From assembly GCA_963847225.1 (NCBI GenBank), contig CAWJYZ010000005.1:745648-809647 (forward strand): 64,000 nucleotides of DNA, read 5' to 3'. Positions 36,760-46,246 of the stretch are shown in pieces (positions within the stretch are counted from its first letter, which is position 1; each line of letters starts with the position of its first letter). The notes beneath the pieces were generated by a model. That model had not been told where the DNA came from and did no database searches. It saw only the letters and a list, made by a program, of their open reading frames with translations. The DNA is from an uncultured bacterium (GTDB lineage: Bacteria > Chloroflexota > Dormibacteria > Aeolococcales > Aeolococcaceae). The position numbers and the translations under genes were made by a program.

Positions 36760-36792
36760 GGAAGAGGGGCGGCACACGAGGGAGAGATCGAA

Positions 36793-37614
36793 TTGGCAGA
36801 AGGTGAGACGGCGGTGGTGGCGCAGGGCGCCGAGAGCGTGGAGAGCGCGGGGGCGACAGTGGAGGCGGCCATCGCCGCCGGCCTCGCCGAGCTCGGGGTG
36901 GGCGGCGACGAGGTGAGTGTCGAGGTGCTCGCCCGGCCCGCCGCGGCCCTCCCCGGGGAGCACGTCTCGGGGGTGAGCGAGGCCAGGGTGCGCCTCACCC
37001 GGCTGGACGAGCACACCCTGCGGGGCAGGGCGGTCCTCGTCGACCTCCTGGAGCGCATGGGGATCGCGGCGCGGGTGACCGTGCGCCGTCCCGCTCCCGG
37101 ACCGGCCGATGCCCCGGTCCCCTCCGTCCTGGACATCGCCGGTGATGACCTCGGCGTGCTCATCGGATGGCGTGGGGAGACGCTCCGCGCCCTGCAGACC
37201 GTCGTCAACCTCATGATGGGCGATGACGAGAGCGCCACCGGGCGCCGCCTCATCCTCGACGTGGAGCGCTATCGCCACCGCCGCGAGGAGCACGTCCGGG
37301 AGCTGGCGCTGCGGCTCGCCAACCGGGTGAAGCGGACCGGGCAGCGCTACACCCTCGATCCCATGCACGCCTACGAGCGGCGGGCCATCCATCTCGCCCT
37401 CGCCGAGGATGAGGGGGTGAGCACCGAGAGCATCGGCCGGGAGCCGGCGCGCCGGGTGGTGATCAATCCCACCGGTCCGGCGCAGCCCGACCTGCCCGAG
37501 CTGCCCGACCGCTTCGGGCGCCCGGCGCGCCGCCCCTTCGGGGGAGGAGGTGGACGGGATCGCGGCCGGGGCGGTGCTGGAGGCGGCGGCCGGCCGCGCT
37601 GGTCACGGTTCTGA
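36793..37614 (+). CDS. jag: Jag/KhpB R3H-domain RNA-binding protein
   Basis: Jag_N, KH-like (GDDLGVLIGWRGETLRALQ) and R3H (RRAIHLALAEDEGVSTESIG) motifs. Confidence 0.8.
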   Translation: MAEGETAVVAQGAESVESAGATVEAAIAAGLAELGVGGDEVSVEVLARPAAALPGEHVSGVSEARVRLTRLDEHTLRGRAVLVDLLERMGIAARVTVRRPAPGPADAPVPSVLDIAGDDLGVLIGWRGETLRALQTVVNLMMGDDESATGRRLILDVERYRHRREEHVRELALRLANRVKRTGQRYTLDPMHAYERRAIHLALAEDEGVSTESIGREPARRVVINPTGPAQPDLPELPDRFGRPARRPFGGGGGRDRGRGGAGGGGRPRWSRF

Positions 37615-37649
37615 GACCGCCCGGCGGGCGGTGGGCAGGGAAGGCTCAG

Positions 37650-38945
37650 GTGGACCGCCCGGCTGACGGCGGGGGGCGCGACTACGAGCTGCGCCGCCTC
37701 CCCGGGGGGGCTCGCCTGATCGCCGCCCCCATGCCGGCGCGGCGCTCGGCGGCGGTCGCCTTCATGTACGCGGTCGGCTCCCGTCACGAGGAGCCCCCGA
37801 CGGCGGGGCTCAGCCACTTCATCGAGCACATGGTCTTCAAGGGCGGCGGCCGCTACCCCACCGCCCGGGCCATCTCGGAGGCCATCGAGTCCGTGGGCGG
37901 CAGCATCAACGCCTCCACCGACAAGGAGGCGACCGTCTTCTACGCCAAGGTGCCCGCGGAGCACCTCGGCATGGCCTGCGACGTCCTCGCCGAGATGCTC
38001 TTCCGTCCCCTGCTCGAGGCGGCGGAGGTGGCCAAGGAGCGCCAGGTCGTCATCGAAGAGCTCCGCATGTACCTCGACAATCCCCAGGACCACGTGGGCA
38101 CCCTCTTCGACGAGGTGATGTACCCCGACCAGCCCCTGGGCTGGGACGTGGCCGGCACCGAGGAGACGGTGCGGAGCTTCGCTCCGGACACCTGCCGCGA
38201 GCACCTGCGCCGCCACTACCTCCCCGAACGGCTGGTGGTGAGCGTGGCCGGCGCGGTGGAGGTCGCCGAGGTCGCCGCCCTCGTCGAGCCCCGCCTCGCC
38301 GCCCTGGCCGAGGGGCTCGGAGCCGACGCGGCGCCCGCCGATGAGGGGCGCCGGGGGGGAGTGCGCCTCCTCTCCAAGCGGACCGAGCAGGCCAACGTGA
38401 TCCTCGGGGGGCACGCCTGCTCGTACCGTGACCCCCGTCGCTTCGTGGTCGACCTCCTCAACGTGGTCCTGGGGGAGGGGATGTCGAGCCGGCTGTTCCA
38501 GGAGCTGCGCGAGGAGCGGGCTCTGGTGTACGACGTGCATTCGTTCACCAGCAAGCTGCGGGACACCGGCTGCCTCGGTATCTATCTGGGCTGCGAGCCG
38601 CGGCGGGCGGCGCAAGCGGTGGGGTTCGCCGTCGACGAGCTGGTCCGGCTGGCCAGCGCGCCCTTGGATGGGGCCGAGCTGGAGCGCGCCAGGGAGTACG
38701 CCAAGGGCCGCCTCCTCCTCCACCTCGAGGGGTCGGGGGCGATGAGCCAGTTCCTCGGCCAGCAGGAGCTGCTCACCGGCGAGATCATGGTCGCCGACGA
38801 GGTGGTGGGCGCCATCGAGGCGGTGACGGCCGAGGACATCCGAGCCATGGCCGAGACCATCTGCGGCCGCGGCCTCCGGGCGGCGATCATCGGCCCCTTC
38901 GCCAAGACGGAGCGCTTCGAGCGGGCTCTGGCCCGGGCGTCGTAG
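37650..38945 (+). CDS. M16 family zinc peptidase (insulinase-like)
   Basis: The inverted zinc motif HFIEHMVFKG (HxxEH), the downstream E, and typical M16 N- and C-terminal halves. Confidence 0.75.
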   Translation: MDRPADGGGRDYELRRLPGGARLIAAPMPARRSAAVAFMYAVGSRHEEPPTAGLSHFIEHMVFKGGGRYPTARAISEAIESVGGSINASTDKEATVFYAKVPAEHLGMACDVLAEMLFRPLLEAAEVAKERQVVIEELRMYLDNPQDHVGTLFDEVMYPDQPLGWDVAGTEETVRSFAPDTCREHLRRHYLPERLVVSVAGAVEVAEVAALVEPRLAALAEGLGADAAPADEGRRGGVRLLSKRTEQANVILGGHACSYRDPRRFVVDLLNVVLGEGMSSRLFQELREERALVYDVHSFTSKLRDTGCLGIYLGCEPRRAAQAVGFAVDELVRLASAPLDGAELERAREYAKGRLLLHLEGSGAMSQFLGQQELLTGEIMVADEVVGAIEAVTAEDIRAMAETICGRGLRAAIIGPFAKTERFERALARAS

Positions 38946-38984
38946 GCGGCTGGACGCGCCGCGGGGCCGGATACGTCCCTGGGG

Positions 38985-39473
38985 GTGCTTCCGGTAACGT
39001 CTCGTCCCCAGGTGACCATAGAGCGGACCCTGGTGCTGGTGAAGCCGGACGGCGTGCAGCGGGGGCTGGTCGGGGAGGTCATCGCCCGGCTGGAGCGGCG
39101 CGGGCTGCACCTCACCGGGCTCAAGCTGCTTCGACTCGACGAGGCGCTTGCCGGACGCCACTACGCCGAGCACGTCGGCAAGCCGTTCTATGAGGGATTG
39201 GTCCGCTTCATCACCTCCGGGCCGGTCGTCGCCATGGTTTGGGAGGGGCCCGGCGCCGTGGCCCTGGTGCGCTCCGTGATGGGCGCCACCGACCCGGCCA
39301 AGTCGCCGCCGGGCACCATCCGGGGCGACCTGGCGGTCTCCATCGCCAACAACGTGGTGCACGGAAGCGACTCGCCGGAGCGGGCCGAGGTGGAGGTGGG
39401 CCTCTTCTTCCGCGAGGAGGAGCTGGTGGCCTGGGAGAGCGCCGTCAGCGACTGGGTCGCCGGCGAAGGCTGA
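38985..39473 (+). CDS. ndk: Nucleoside diphosphate kinase
   Basis: ERTLVLVKPDGVQRGLVGEVI and the NxxHGSDS active-site region. The true start is probably the GTG near 39012. Confidence 0.85.
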   Translation: MLPVTSRPQVTIERTLVLVKPDGVQRGLVGEVIARLERRGLHLTGLKLLRLDEALAGRHYAEHVGKPFYEGLVRFITSGPVVAMVWEGPGAVALVRSVMGATDPAKSPPGTIRGDLAVSIANNVVHGSDSPERAEVEVGLFFREEELVAWESAVSDWVAGEG

Positions 39474-39503
39474 GGGCTGCGCCAGGGACCGGTCCTGCCC
39501 GGC

Positions 39504-40341
39504 TCAATCGTGCCGGCTGCTTGGGGGTGGTGACCGGCGGGCCTTCCCGCGCCGCCGCCGCACAGCACGGCGCAGCGGGAGGCCGGCGAGGAGGAGGCCG
39601 ATGGCGACGCCCGCCGCCGGTTGGGGAGCAGAGCTGACGACGAGGGTGGGGCCCGCTCCCAGCCCGCCGAAGGCGGAGAGTGGCCACACGCGGAAGATGG
39701 CCTTGGCCAGGATCCGGGTGCGGGCGACCATGCCGAAGACCCGGGAGTCGCAGGAGCTCGTCGCGGTTGTCGCCGAGGACGACGTACATGCGGGCCGGGA
39801 TGTGCACCACCCGGCCGATGGCGATGCCGTCGGGGGGAACGGACTCGGGGACCTGCCCCCAGGAGTTGGGGAGGTAGGGCTCGCGGACGATCTCCCAGGG
39901 GCCGGCTCCCCCCGGTTCGATATACAGCTGGCCCGGCTGGCTGGAGGTGGCGGGGGTGATCTCCAGGCTGTCGCCGGGGAGGCCGACCACGCGCTTCACG
40001 TAGTCGGCGGTGGAGGTGCCGCCACTGCAGCTGTGCGGCGGATCCAGGATGACGATGTCGCCGCGCTGGGGATTGCCGAAGACGTAGGAGATCTTGCTGG
40101 CGATCAGGAAGTTGCCGTCCTGCAGGGTGTTGTCCATGCTCTGGCCGTCGACCCGGACCGTCTCGATGCAGGTCCAGATCACCGCATAGAGGACCAGAGC
40201 GATGAGCAGGACCTCGAGGAGGTCCCGGAGCCAGGTGCTGCGAGGGGCGGTCGGAGGCGGGCCGAGCCTCCCCCCACCGGAGGGAGCTGACGCCGGGGTC
40301 TCGGCGACGGAGGGCGCGGAGGGGTCGGGCGCCGGGGGCAT
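39504..40341 (-). CDS. lepB: Signal peptidase I (apparent +1 frameshift near 39759)
   Basis: VDGQSMDNTL (S26 Ser motif) ... VLGDNRD in one frame. The expected continuation SSCDSRVFGMVARTRILAKAIFRVWP is in the adjacent frame. One extra G in gacgagctcc breaks it. Confidence 0.7.
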
Positions 40342-40469
40342 GGTTGGGAGTTTGCACGAAGTGCCGCCGAGCGGACGGCCGCCACGAGGAGGCTGGCCAC
40401 GGCCGCGATGGCGTCGCCGCCGGCCCTCCTCCCGGAGGATTGCGGCCCCCCGAATGGCGTTGTGCCGTC

Positions 40470-40871
40470 TCAGCTCACCCGGCCGCGCCGGGGCGCGGGA
40501 GCGTATCGGCGCACGACCCGGCCCAGCACGAGCCTGATGGCGACGTCGCCGAAGACGCGGCTGTCGGTGCTGGCGTCGGGATTGTCGCCGCGAAGCGCGA
40601 CCTTGCCGCCATTGATGGCGGCAACGCGCTTGACCAGGAGGCGGCGTTCGTTGCGGGGATCGCGCACGGCGACCAGGTCGCCGGGGCGCAGGCGGCGGGC
40701 TCGCACCAGCAGCAGGCGGTCGCCGGGCAGCAGGGTGGGCGCCATCGAGCGTCCCTCGACAACCAGGCGGCGGACGCCGGCCGCGCGCAGGAGGCCCAAC
40801 AGCGCCCCCGTCACGGCGGCGGCGATGCCCAGCCGGGCCAGCGACCCCCGACTCACCCTTTCAGGGATCAT
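40470..40871 (-). CDS. sodX: Minimal S26-family signal peptidase, SodX-like NiSOD maturation protease
   Basis: VEGRSMAPTL and GDNPDASTDSRVFG S26 motifs in a 133-aa protein. Divergently adjacent to sodN, as for sodX in Streptomyces. Confidence 0.7.
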   Translation of the reverse strand: MIPERVSRGSLARLGIAAAVTGALLGLLRAAGVRRLVVEGRSMAPTLLPGDRLLLVRARRLRPGDLVAVRDPRNERRLLVKRVAAINGGKVALRGDNPDASTDSRVFGDVAIRLVLGRVVRRYAPAPRRGRVS

Positions 40872-40918
40872 AGGGTGATCACGACTATCGGTTTAACCAT
40901 CAGGTAGGAGACCGTGCC

Positions 40919-41359
40919 ATGTCCATCGTCGACCTGCTGCTCTCCAGGCTCGATCGGGTTTCCGCCCCCACCCGGGTGCATGCCCACTGCGACCTTCCCT
41001 GTGGCGTCTACGATCCGGCCCAGGCTCGCATCGAGGCCCAGTCGGTCAAGGCCATCCAGGAGCGGTACCAGAACGCCGAGAAAGGGAAGTCGGCGGCGGA
41101 GACGGTCGAGGACTATCGAGCGAGGTGCGTGTCCATCAAGGAAGAGCGCGCCAACCTGGTGAAGGAGCACCTGTGGATCCTCTGGACCGACTATTTCAAG
41201 CCCGATCACAAGGAGAAGTACCCTCAGCTGCACGACCTCTTCTGGCAGGCCACCAAGGAGGCGGGCCTCGCCAAGAAGTCGGTGGACCCGGCACAGGGTC
41301 AGAAGCTTCTTGATCTGATCGGCCAGATCGACACCATCTTCTGGGAAACCAAGAAGTAG
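40919..41359 (+). CDS. sodN: Nickel-containing superoxide dismutase precursor
   Basis: HCDLPCGVYDPAQARIEAQSVKA nickel-hook, C-terminal DxIFWETKK. A 22-aa N-terminal propeptide ending ...RVHA precedes His1. Confidence 0.9.
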   Translation: MSIVDLLLSRLDRVSAPTRVHAHCDLPCGVYDPAQARIEAQSVKAIQERYQNAEKGKSAAETVEDYRARCVSIKEERANLVKEHLWILWTDYFKPDHKEKYPQLHDLFWQATKEAGLAKKSVDPAQGQKLLDLIGQIDTIFWETKK

Positions 41360-41580
41360 CCTCAGGAAACGCGCCCCGGGAGGCGGGGTTGCTCGGGCCA
41401 TCCAAATTGATGCCAAAGATGGCAGAAACATCGGGGGCTCCTGGGGTCGGTGGACTGCGAGAAGCTCATCAACAACCTCTGAGGCGGGCGCCGCGACGGC
41501 GCCTGGAGGGGAGGCGGAGCGACCGGCGCGCTGGTCACCCCTCGCTCCCAGGTGCGCCCCAGGTCGCACACCGAGGGCGC

Positions 41581-41991
41581 ATGCGCCAGAATCTGGGGGT
41601 GCTTGTCGCGGTCGCCGCCCGCCGCTGGAAGGACACCTGGGAGACCGCCTGGCCGCGCCGCGACTGGGAGGCCGTGGCGCGTCTGTACGCGCCTCACGCC
41701 CGCTATCGCGCCCTCGCCTTCCGGGAGGCGTCGCTGGGCACGGAGGGGGTGGTGGAGTATCTCCGCGCCAACTTCGAGGCCGAGTCCGAGGTGACCTGCC
41801 GGTTCAATGAACCTCTGGCAACCTCGGAACGGGCGGCCGTGGAGTGGTGGGCATCCTGGGTGGAGGACGGGGAGCGGCTGAGCATGGCCGGCGTCACGCT
41901 CCTGCGCTTCGAGGCCACGGGCCTGGTCATCGACCACCGCGACTACTGGAACCAGTTGCCGGGAGGGTGCGCTCCCTACCCCGACTGGTGA
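41581..41991 (+). CDS. NTF2/SnoaL-like fold protein
   Basis: ~137 aa from the ATG giving MRQNLGVL. The W/Y-rich pattern fits the SnoaL-like cone fold. Weak assignment. Confidence 0.5.
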   Translation: MRQNLGVLVAVAARRWKDTWETAWPRRDWEAVARLYAPHARYRALAFREASLGTEGVVEYLRANFEAESEVTCRFNEPLATSERAAVEWWASWVEDGERLSMAGVTLLRFEATGLVIDHRDYWNQLPGGCAPYPDW

Positions 41992-42012
41992 GGCGCCGGC
42001 CGGTGAGCTAGC

Positions 42013-42939
42013 TCAGAGGGGACGGCCGCCGAGGCGCCGATAGAGGGTATCCAGATCCTCGTCGTCGCTGAAGGTGATGACGACCCTTCCTCCCCGAGGG
42101 GTGCGCTCGATGGTGACGGGCAGGCCGATGGCCGCCTCCAGGCCGTGGCGAAGCATCTCGTCTTCGGCGCTGCGCCGCGCCGATGTCGCCGCCACGTGGC
42201 GCCGCGGCGCCTTGCCGCCAACGGCCAGCTCGCGCTGCACCAGGGCCTCGGTGGCGCGGACGGTGAGACCGTCCGTGACCACCTGCCGTGCCACGCGGCT
42301 CATTCCCTCCTCCTCGCCCAGGCTGAGGAGCACGCGGGCGTGTCCCGGCGTCAGGGCGCGGCTGGCGACCGCATCCTGCAGGTTGGCGGGGAGCTGGAGG
42401 AGGCGGATGGCGTTGGTCACGGTTGGCCGGGTGCGACCGAGGCGGAGGGCAATCGCCTCGTGGGAAAGCCCGAAGGCGTCGGAGAGGCGGGCGTAGGCCG
42501 CCGCCTCCTCCATGGGGTTGAGGTCTTCGCGCTGCAGGTTCTCGGTGAGGGCGAGCTCGAGAGCGTGGCGACCTGATTCGGACGCGGGGCGGAGGATGGC
42601 GGGGACGGCGGCCACGCCGGCTTGGCGCGCCGCCCGGAGGCGCCGCTCGCCGGCGACGAGGCGGTAGCCGTCGACATCCGGCTCGACGACGATGGGATGG
42701 ATCAGACCGTGGTGGCGGATCGAATCCGCGAGGGTGGCGAGGGAGGCGGGGTCGAAGTCACGCCGCGGTTGCTCCGGGTTGGGGTGGACCCGGTGGGGGT
42801 CCACCTCGACGATGGCTGGGCCGCTTCCCAGGTCGCGGGTGGGGTCACTGCTGGCGAGAAGGGCGTCCAATCCCCGGCCCAGACCGCGGCGGCGAGGCGG
42901 ACCGCCCATCCCGGGGGTGAAGGTGCCGTCGGGGGTCAT
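42013..42939 (-). CDS. parB: Chromosome partitioning protein ParB
   Basis: GLGRGLDALL N-terminus and the ParB box HPIVVEPDVDGYRLVAGERRLRAARQAG. The start at MTPDG abuts the parA stop. Confidence 0.85.
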   Translation of the reverse strand: MTPDGTFTPGMGGPPRRRGLGRGLDALLASSDPTRDLGSGPAIVEVDPHRVHPNPEQPRRDFDPASLATLADSIRHHGLIHPIVVEPDVDGYRLVAGERRLRAARQAGVAAVPAILRPASESGRHALELALTENLQREDLNPMEEAAAYARLSDAFGLSHEAIALRLGRTRPTVTNAIRLLQLPANLQDAVASRALTPGHARVLLSLGEEEGMSRVARQVVTDGLTVRATEALVQRELAVGGKAPRRHVAATSARRSAEDEMLRHGLEAAIGLPVTIERTPRGGRVVITFSDDEDLDTLYRRLGGRPL

Positions 42940-43748
42940 GCCGGCCAGGGGACGGCGGCGCCGCTCGCGCCCGCCTGGAGACGGGCGTCGAGGTTGGCGG
43001 CCAGCTCGCGATAGGCGTGAGCGCCGCGGGAGGCCGGAGCGTAGAGGGTGATGGGAAGGCCGTAGCTCGGGGCCTCGCTGAGGCGGACGTTGCGGGGGAT
43101 GACGGGGTCGAGGACGCGCTCGCCGAAGCGGTTGCGCACCTCCTCGACGACCTGGTTGGCCAGGGTGAGCCGGGCGTCGTACAGGGTGAGCACGATGCCG
43201 GCTACCTCCAGGTGGGGATTGAGGTCGCGGCGGAGCAGGTTGATGGTGTGGGTGAGGAGGCCGAGTCCCTCGAGTGCGTAGAACTCGCACTGGATGGGGA
43301 CGAGCAGGGCGTCGGCGGCGACCACGGCGTTGACCGTCAGAAGCCCGAGGCTGGGGGGGCAGTCGAGGAAGACGTAGTCGACCGGCTCGCCGTCGGCGAG
43401 AGCCTCGAGGGCGTAGGCGAGACGCTTCTCGCGCCGGGCCACCCCGACCAACTCGATCTCGGCCCCGGCCAGGGCGATGTCGGCGGGGACCAGCTCGAGG
43501 CCGGTGACGCGGGTGGCCATGCGGGCCTCGGCGAGGGGACGGCCGAGGACCAGGACGTCATACGTGCTGGTGGTGATGTCGCGCCGGGCCACCCCCAGGC
43601 CTGAGGTGGCGTTGGCCTGCGGATCGCAGTCGATGAGCAGCACCCTGCGTCCCCTCTCGGCAAGGGCTGTGGCCACGTTGACGACGGTCGTCGTCTTGCC
43701 GACACCCCCCTTCTGGTTGGCGACGGCGAGGATGTTCGGGGGGGCCAT
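42936..43748 (-). CDS. parA: Chromosome partitioning ATPase ParA (Soj)
   Basis: ILAVANQKGGVGKTTT deviant Walker A. The ATG giving MAPPN was verified. Confidence 0.9.
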   Translation of the reverse strand: MAPPNILAVANQKGGVGKTTTVVNVATALAERGRRVLLIDCDPQANATSGLGVARRDITTSTYDVLVLGRPLAEARMATRVTGLELVPADIALAGAEIELVGVARREKRLAYALEALADGEPVDYVFLDCPPSLGLLTVNAVVAADALLVPIQCEFYALEGLGLLTHTINLLRRDLNPHLEVAGIVLTLYDARLTLANQVVEEVRNRFGERVLDPVIPRNVRLSEAPSYGLPITLYAPASRGAHAYRELAANLDARLQAGASGAAVPWPA

Positions 43749-43954
43749 CGCCGCGATTATGGGACGCCCGCCGGGAGGGCGCAGGCCGGCACGGCGGAAG
43801 CGAGGCGGGGGGAGGGCACAGGGCCGGGACGGCGGGCGGGAACCCGGGGCCAGCTCAGGCCCGGGCCTGGTGGCGCAGTTCGCCCCGGCGCTCGGCGATT
43901 CCTGCCCGTTCTCCGGGCAACGCCGGGGTGAAACAACCTCTATTCTCCGGGCTG

Positions 43955-44395
43955 ATGGAACCAATGCCGCCAACCCTGGGCCGGACAACGCCGCCCGATG
44001 ACCTCGACATCGGCTTCCTCCTCGGCCTTCTCGTCGGTGAGGGGCACTTCGGAGGCGACGGCCGGCAGCCGCAGGTCACCCTGCGGATGCACGTCCGTCA
44101 CGAGAAGACCTTTCGCCGCCTCGCCGCCGCCTTCCCCGGCGGCAAGCTCTACGGCCCCTATCACCACGGGGGACGGCACTACTACCAATGGATGGTGAGG
44201 GGTGACTATCTGCGTCGCGTCCTGGCCCCGCTCATCGCCAGCCACCGCGGCTGGCTCGACGATCATGCCGCTCCGCGCTTCGACAGCATGTGCGAGCGCT
44301 ATCGCATCATCGAGGTGGTGGGAGCGCGGAGCGCCGAGGTGGGTGGTCAGAACGGCGACCGCTGGGTTGCCGATGGAGCTGTGGTGCGGGAATGA
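43955..44395 (+). CDS. LAGLIDADG-type homing-endonuclease-like protein (single-motif)
   Basis: IGFLLGLLVGEGHFGG aligns to LAGLIDGDGsF. The downstream pattern QVTLRMHVRHEKTFRRLAAAF...YYQWMVRG...LAPLI resembles the I-CreI-type core; ~147 aa. Confidence 0.5.
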   Translation: MEPMPPTLGRTTPPDDLDIGFLLGLLVGEGHFGGDGRQPQVTLRMHVRHEKTFRRLAAAFPGGKLYGPYHHGGRHYYQWMVRGDYLRRVLAPLIASHRGWLDDHAAPRFDSMCERYRIIEVVGARSAEVGGQNGDRWVADGAVVRE

Positions 44396-44829
44396 GCCAG
44401 GAGCCGGTTCATCATGAGGGCGCGTCGCCGAAGGCATCCGCCGCATCTTCTGAAGAGATGGCGCCCACCTCCTACAGCATCGAGTACAGGCCGCTGGCCG
44501 GCCCGCTCCAGAAGCTGGACGTCCAGCGTGTCATCGACGCCGCCAGTGATCCCTGGTTCAACCAGACGCTCTGCGAGGTGGATGGCACCGCCGTCCGCCT
44601 CGGCGTCCTCAAGGGCGAGTTCCATTGGCATCGCCACGACGAGGAAGACGAGCTCTTCCTGGTTCTCGAGGGGAGCTTGCGCATCGAGTTGGAGGGTCGG
44701 GAGACCGTGGTCCTGGGGCCGCGCCAGGCGTACATCGTCCCCAAGGGGATGCCGCATCGCACCGTGGCCCCCGAGCGCACCGTGGTGCTCATGCTGGAGC
44801 GTGCCGGGGTGGTGGCGACGGGAGACTGA
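44392..44829 (+). CDS. Cupin-domain protein
   Basis: GEFHWHRHDEEDELFLVLEGSLRIEL...GMPHRT matches the two-motif cupin signature. Start overlaps the upstream stop. Confidence 0.65.
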   Translation: MSQEPVHHEGASPKASAASSEEMAPTSYSIEYRPLAGPLQKLDVQRVIDAASDPWFNQTLCEVDGTAVRLGVLKGEFHWHRHDEEDELFLVLEGSLRIELEGRETVVLGPRQAYIVPKGMPHRTVAPERTVVLMLERAGVVATGD

Positions 44830-44884
44830 AGCGCCGGTCGGTCGCGCTCCGGCATGGGCACCGGAGCGCGCGCTCGCGGGCAGG

Positions 44885-45078
44885 CCTGCGCCTGCGGGCA
44901 TCCGGGCGCCATGGCTGTATTGCTGCGCCTATGGGCACCCGGTCGCCGTTGCGACAGTCCTGCGCCTATGGGCACCCGGTCGCCGTTGCGACAGTCCTGC
45001 GCGGGCGGGCACCCGGGCGCGCGGTTGCGATCAGTCCTGCGCTGGCGGGCGCCCGGGCGCGCGGTTGTCGTCAGTCCC
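44885..45078. repeat. Degenerate ~37-40-bp tandem repeat, ~5 copies (MIRU/VNTR-like), intergenic
   Basis: Two perfect copies of ctgcgcctatgggcacccggtcgccgttgcgacagtc are flanked by diverged copies (ctgcgcgggcgggcacccgggcgcgcggttgcgatcagtc, ctgcgctggcgggcgcccgggcgcgcggttgtcgtcagtc). There are no unique spacers. Confidence 0.8.
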
Positions 45079-45436
45079 GCGAGTACGGGCTCTGGACAAC
45101 GCAGAACTCGTTGCCGTCGGGGGCGGCCATCACGACGTGGTCATGGTCATCGGCGTACGTCCACGGCAGCACCCGAGTGGCGCCCAGGGCCTCCAGGCGC
45201 TTCACCTCAGCCTCCCGATCGGCAGCGTAGAGGTCGAGATGGACGCGGTTGAAGCCCCGCTTGCGCTCGTTGCTCAGCTGCAGAGAGACGTTGCACCATC
45301 GCCGTCCCGGATCGGTGAGCACGGCGAACTCCTCGTCCGCGTCGCGGACCACATAGCCGAGGGCAGCGGTCCAGAAGGCGATCGCACCAGGGATGTCCGG
45401 GGTGTTGATCACCGTGGAACCGACGTACAGCGGCAT
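45071..45436 (-). CDS. VOC/glyoxalase-bleomycin resistance family protein
   Basis: ~121 aa with betaalphabetabetabeta motif spacing and a metal-binding H/E pattern (NRVHLDLY...). Confidence 0.65.
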   Translation of the reverse strand: MPLYVGSTVINTPDIPGAIAFWTAALGYVVRDADEEFAVLTDPGRRWCNVSLQLSNERKRGFNRVHLDLYAADREAEVKRLEALGATRVLPWTYADDHDHVVMAAPDGNEFCVVQSPYSRD

Positions 45437-45571
45437 CTCGCCTCCCGCGCGGCCTGGTCAGCCGGGTCGTGCTCCGCATAGCCTACGGGGGCGCGCCCGG
45501 CGCGGGTGTCAGCGGCGACCCGGGCTGGCCGGCTCGGCACGCCGTCGCGGCTCGTCCCCGCCTCGCCGAAT

Positions 45572-46198
45572 ACAATGCCCCCGATGGCGCTGGCGAAGGA
45601 GGCGCACCGCTGGACCTTCCTGACCGCCGCCCCCCCGCGGGAGGTGTTCGCGGTCATGGAGCAGATGCTCGGCTTCTTCCCCTTCCGCTTCGAGGTGACC
45701 GGGGAGCGTAGCGCGCGCATCGTGGAGTTCCGGCGGAACGGGATCGTCGGCCAGTGGTCGAAGCGCGTCAGCTGGCGGACCCGATGGGTCACCTGCGAGG
45801 TGGAGCCGGGCATGGCGGGCACGGTGGTGCGCCTGCAGGCCAGCCGGGGCCGCGGCCCGCTGCCCCGCGCCCTCCAGCTCGCCATGCTGCTCACGCGCGG
45901 CGCCTCTGACGAGCACACCATCTACCGCCTGCGCATCATGCCGCCCGGGCCGGTGAGCCTCGTCGCCTCCTGGGCGGGGATGCCCTATGAGCTCTACAGC
46001 GAGCCCCGCTGGGACGCCCCTCGCGCGGGCAGCATCGTCACCGCCTCGCGCATCCGGGCCATACCCGGAGGGGTTGGCGCCTTCACCAAGGTGCGTCTCG
46101 CCGACGGCACCGAGGCCTACGTGGAGACGGATCAGATCGTCTCGGCTCCGGAGATGGCGACCCGCGAGGCGCAGGCGGAGGCGGCCCGCTTCGTCTGA
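45572..46198 (+). CDS. Hypothetical protein with C-terminal SH3b-like domain
   Basis: C-terminal SIVTASRIRAIPGGVGAFTKVRLADGTEAYVETDQIV resembles bacterial SH3. N-terminal domain unknown. Confidence 0.4.
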   Translation, partial: TMPPMALAKEAHRWTFLTAAPPREVFAVMEQMLGFFPFRFEVTGERSARIVEFRRNGIVGQWSKRVSWRTRWVTCEVEPGMAGTVVRLQASRGRGPLPRALQLAMLLTRGASDEHTIYRLRIMPPGPVSLVASWAGMPYELYSEPRWDAPRAGSIVTASRIRAIPGGVGAFTKVRLADGTEAYVETDQIVSAPEMATREAQAEAARFV

Positions 46199-46246
46199 GC
46201 CTTCCCTGCCGCGGCGACCGACGGCGAGTGGAATAGGCTTCCCGGC

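Noticed and set aside
44885-45078. Possible CRISPR array
   Set aside because: The repeats are directly abutting with no unique spacers between them, the units are degenerate, and no cas genes are nearby. Classified as a tandem (VNTR-like) repeat.
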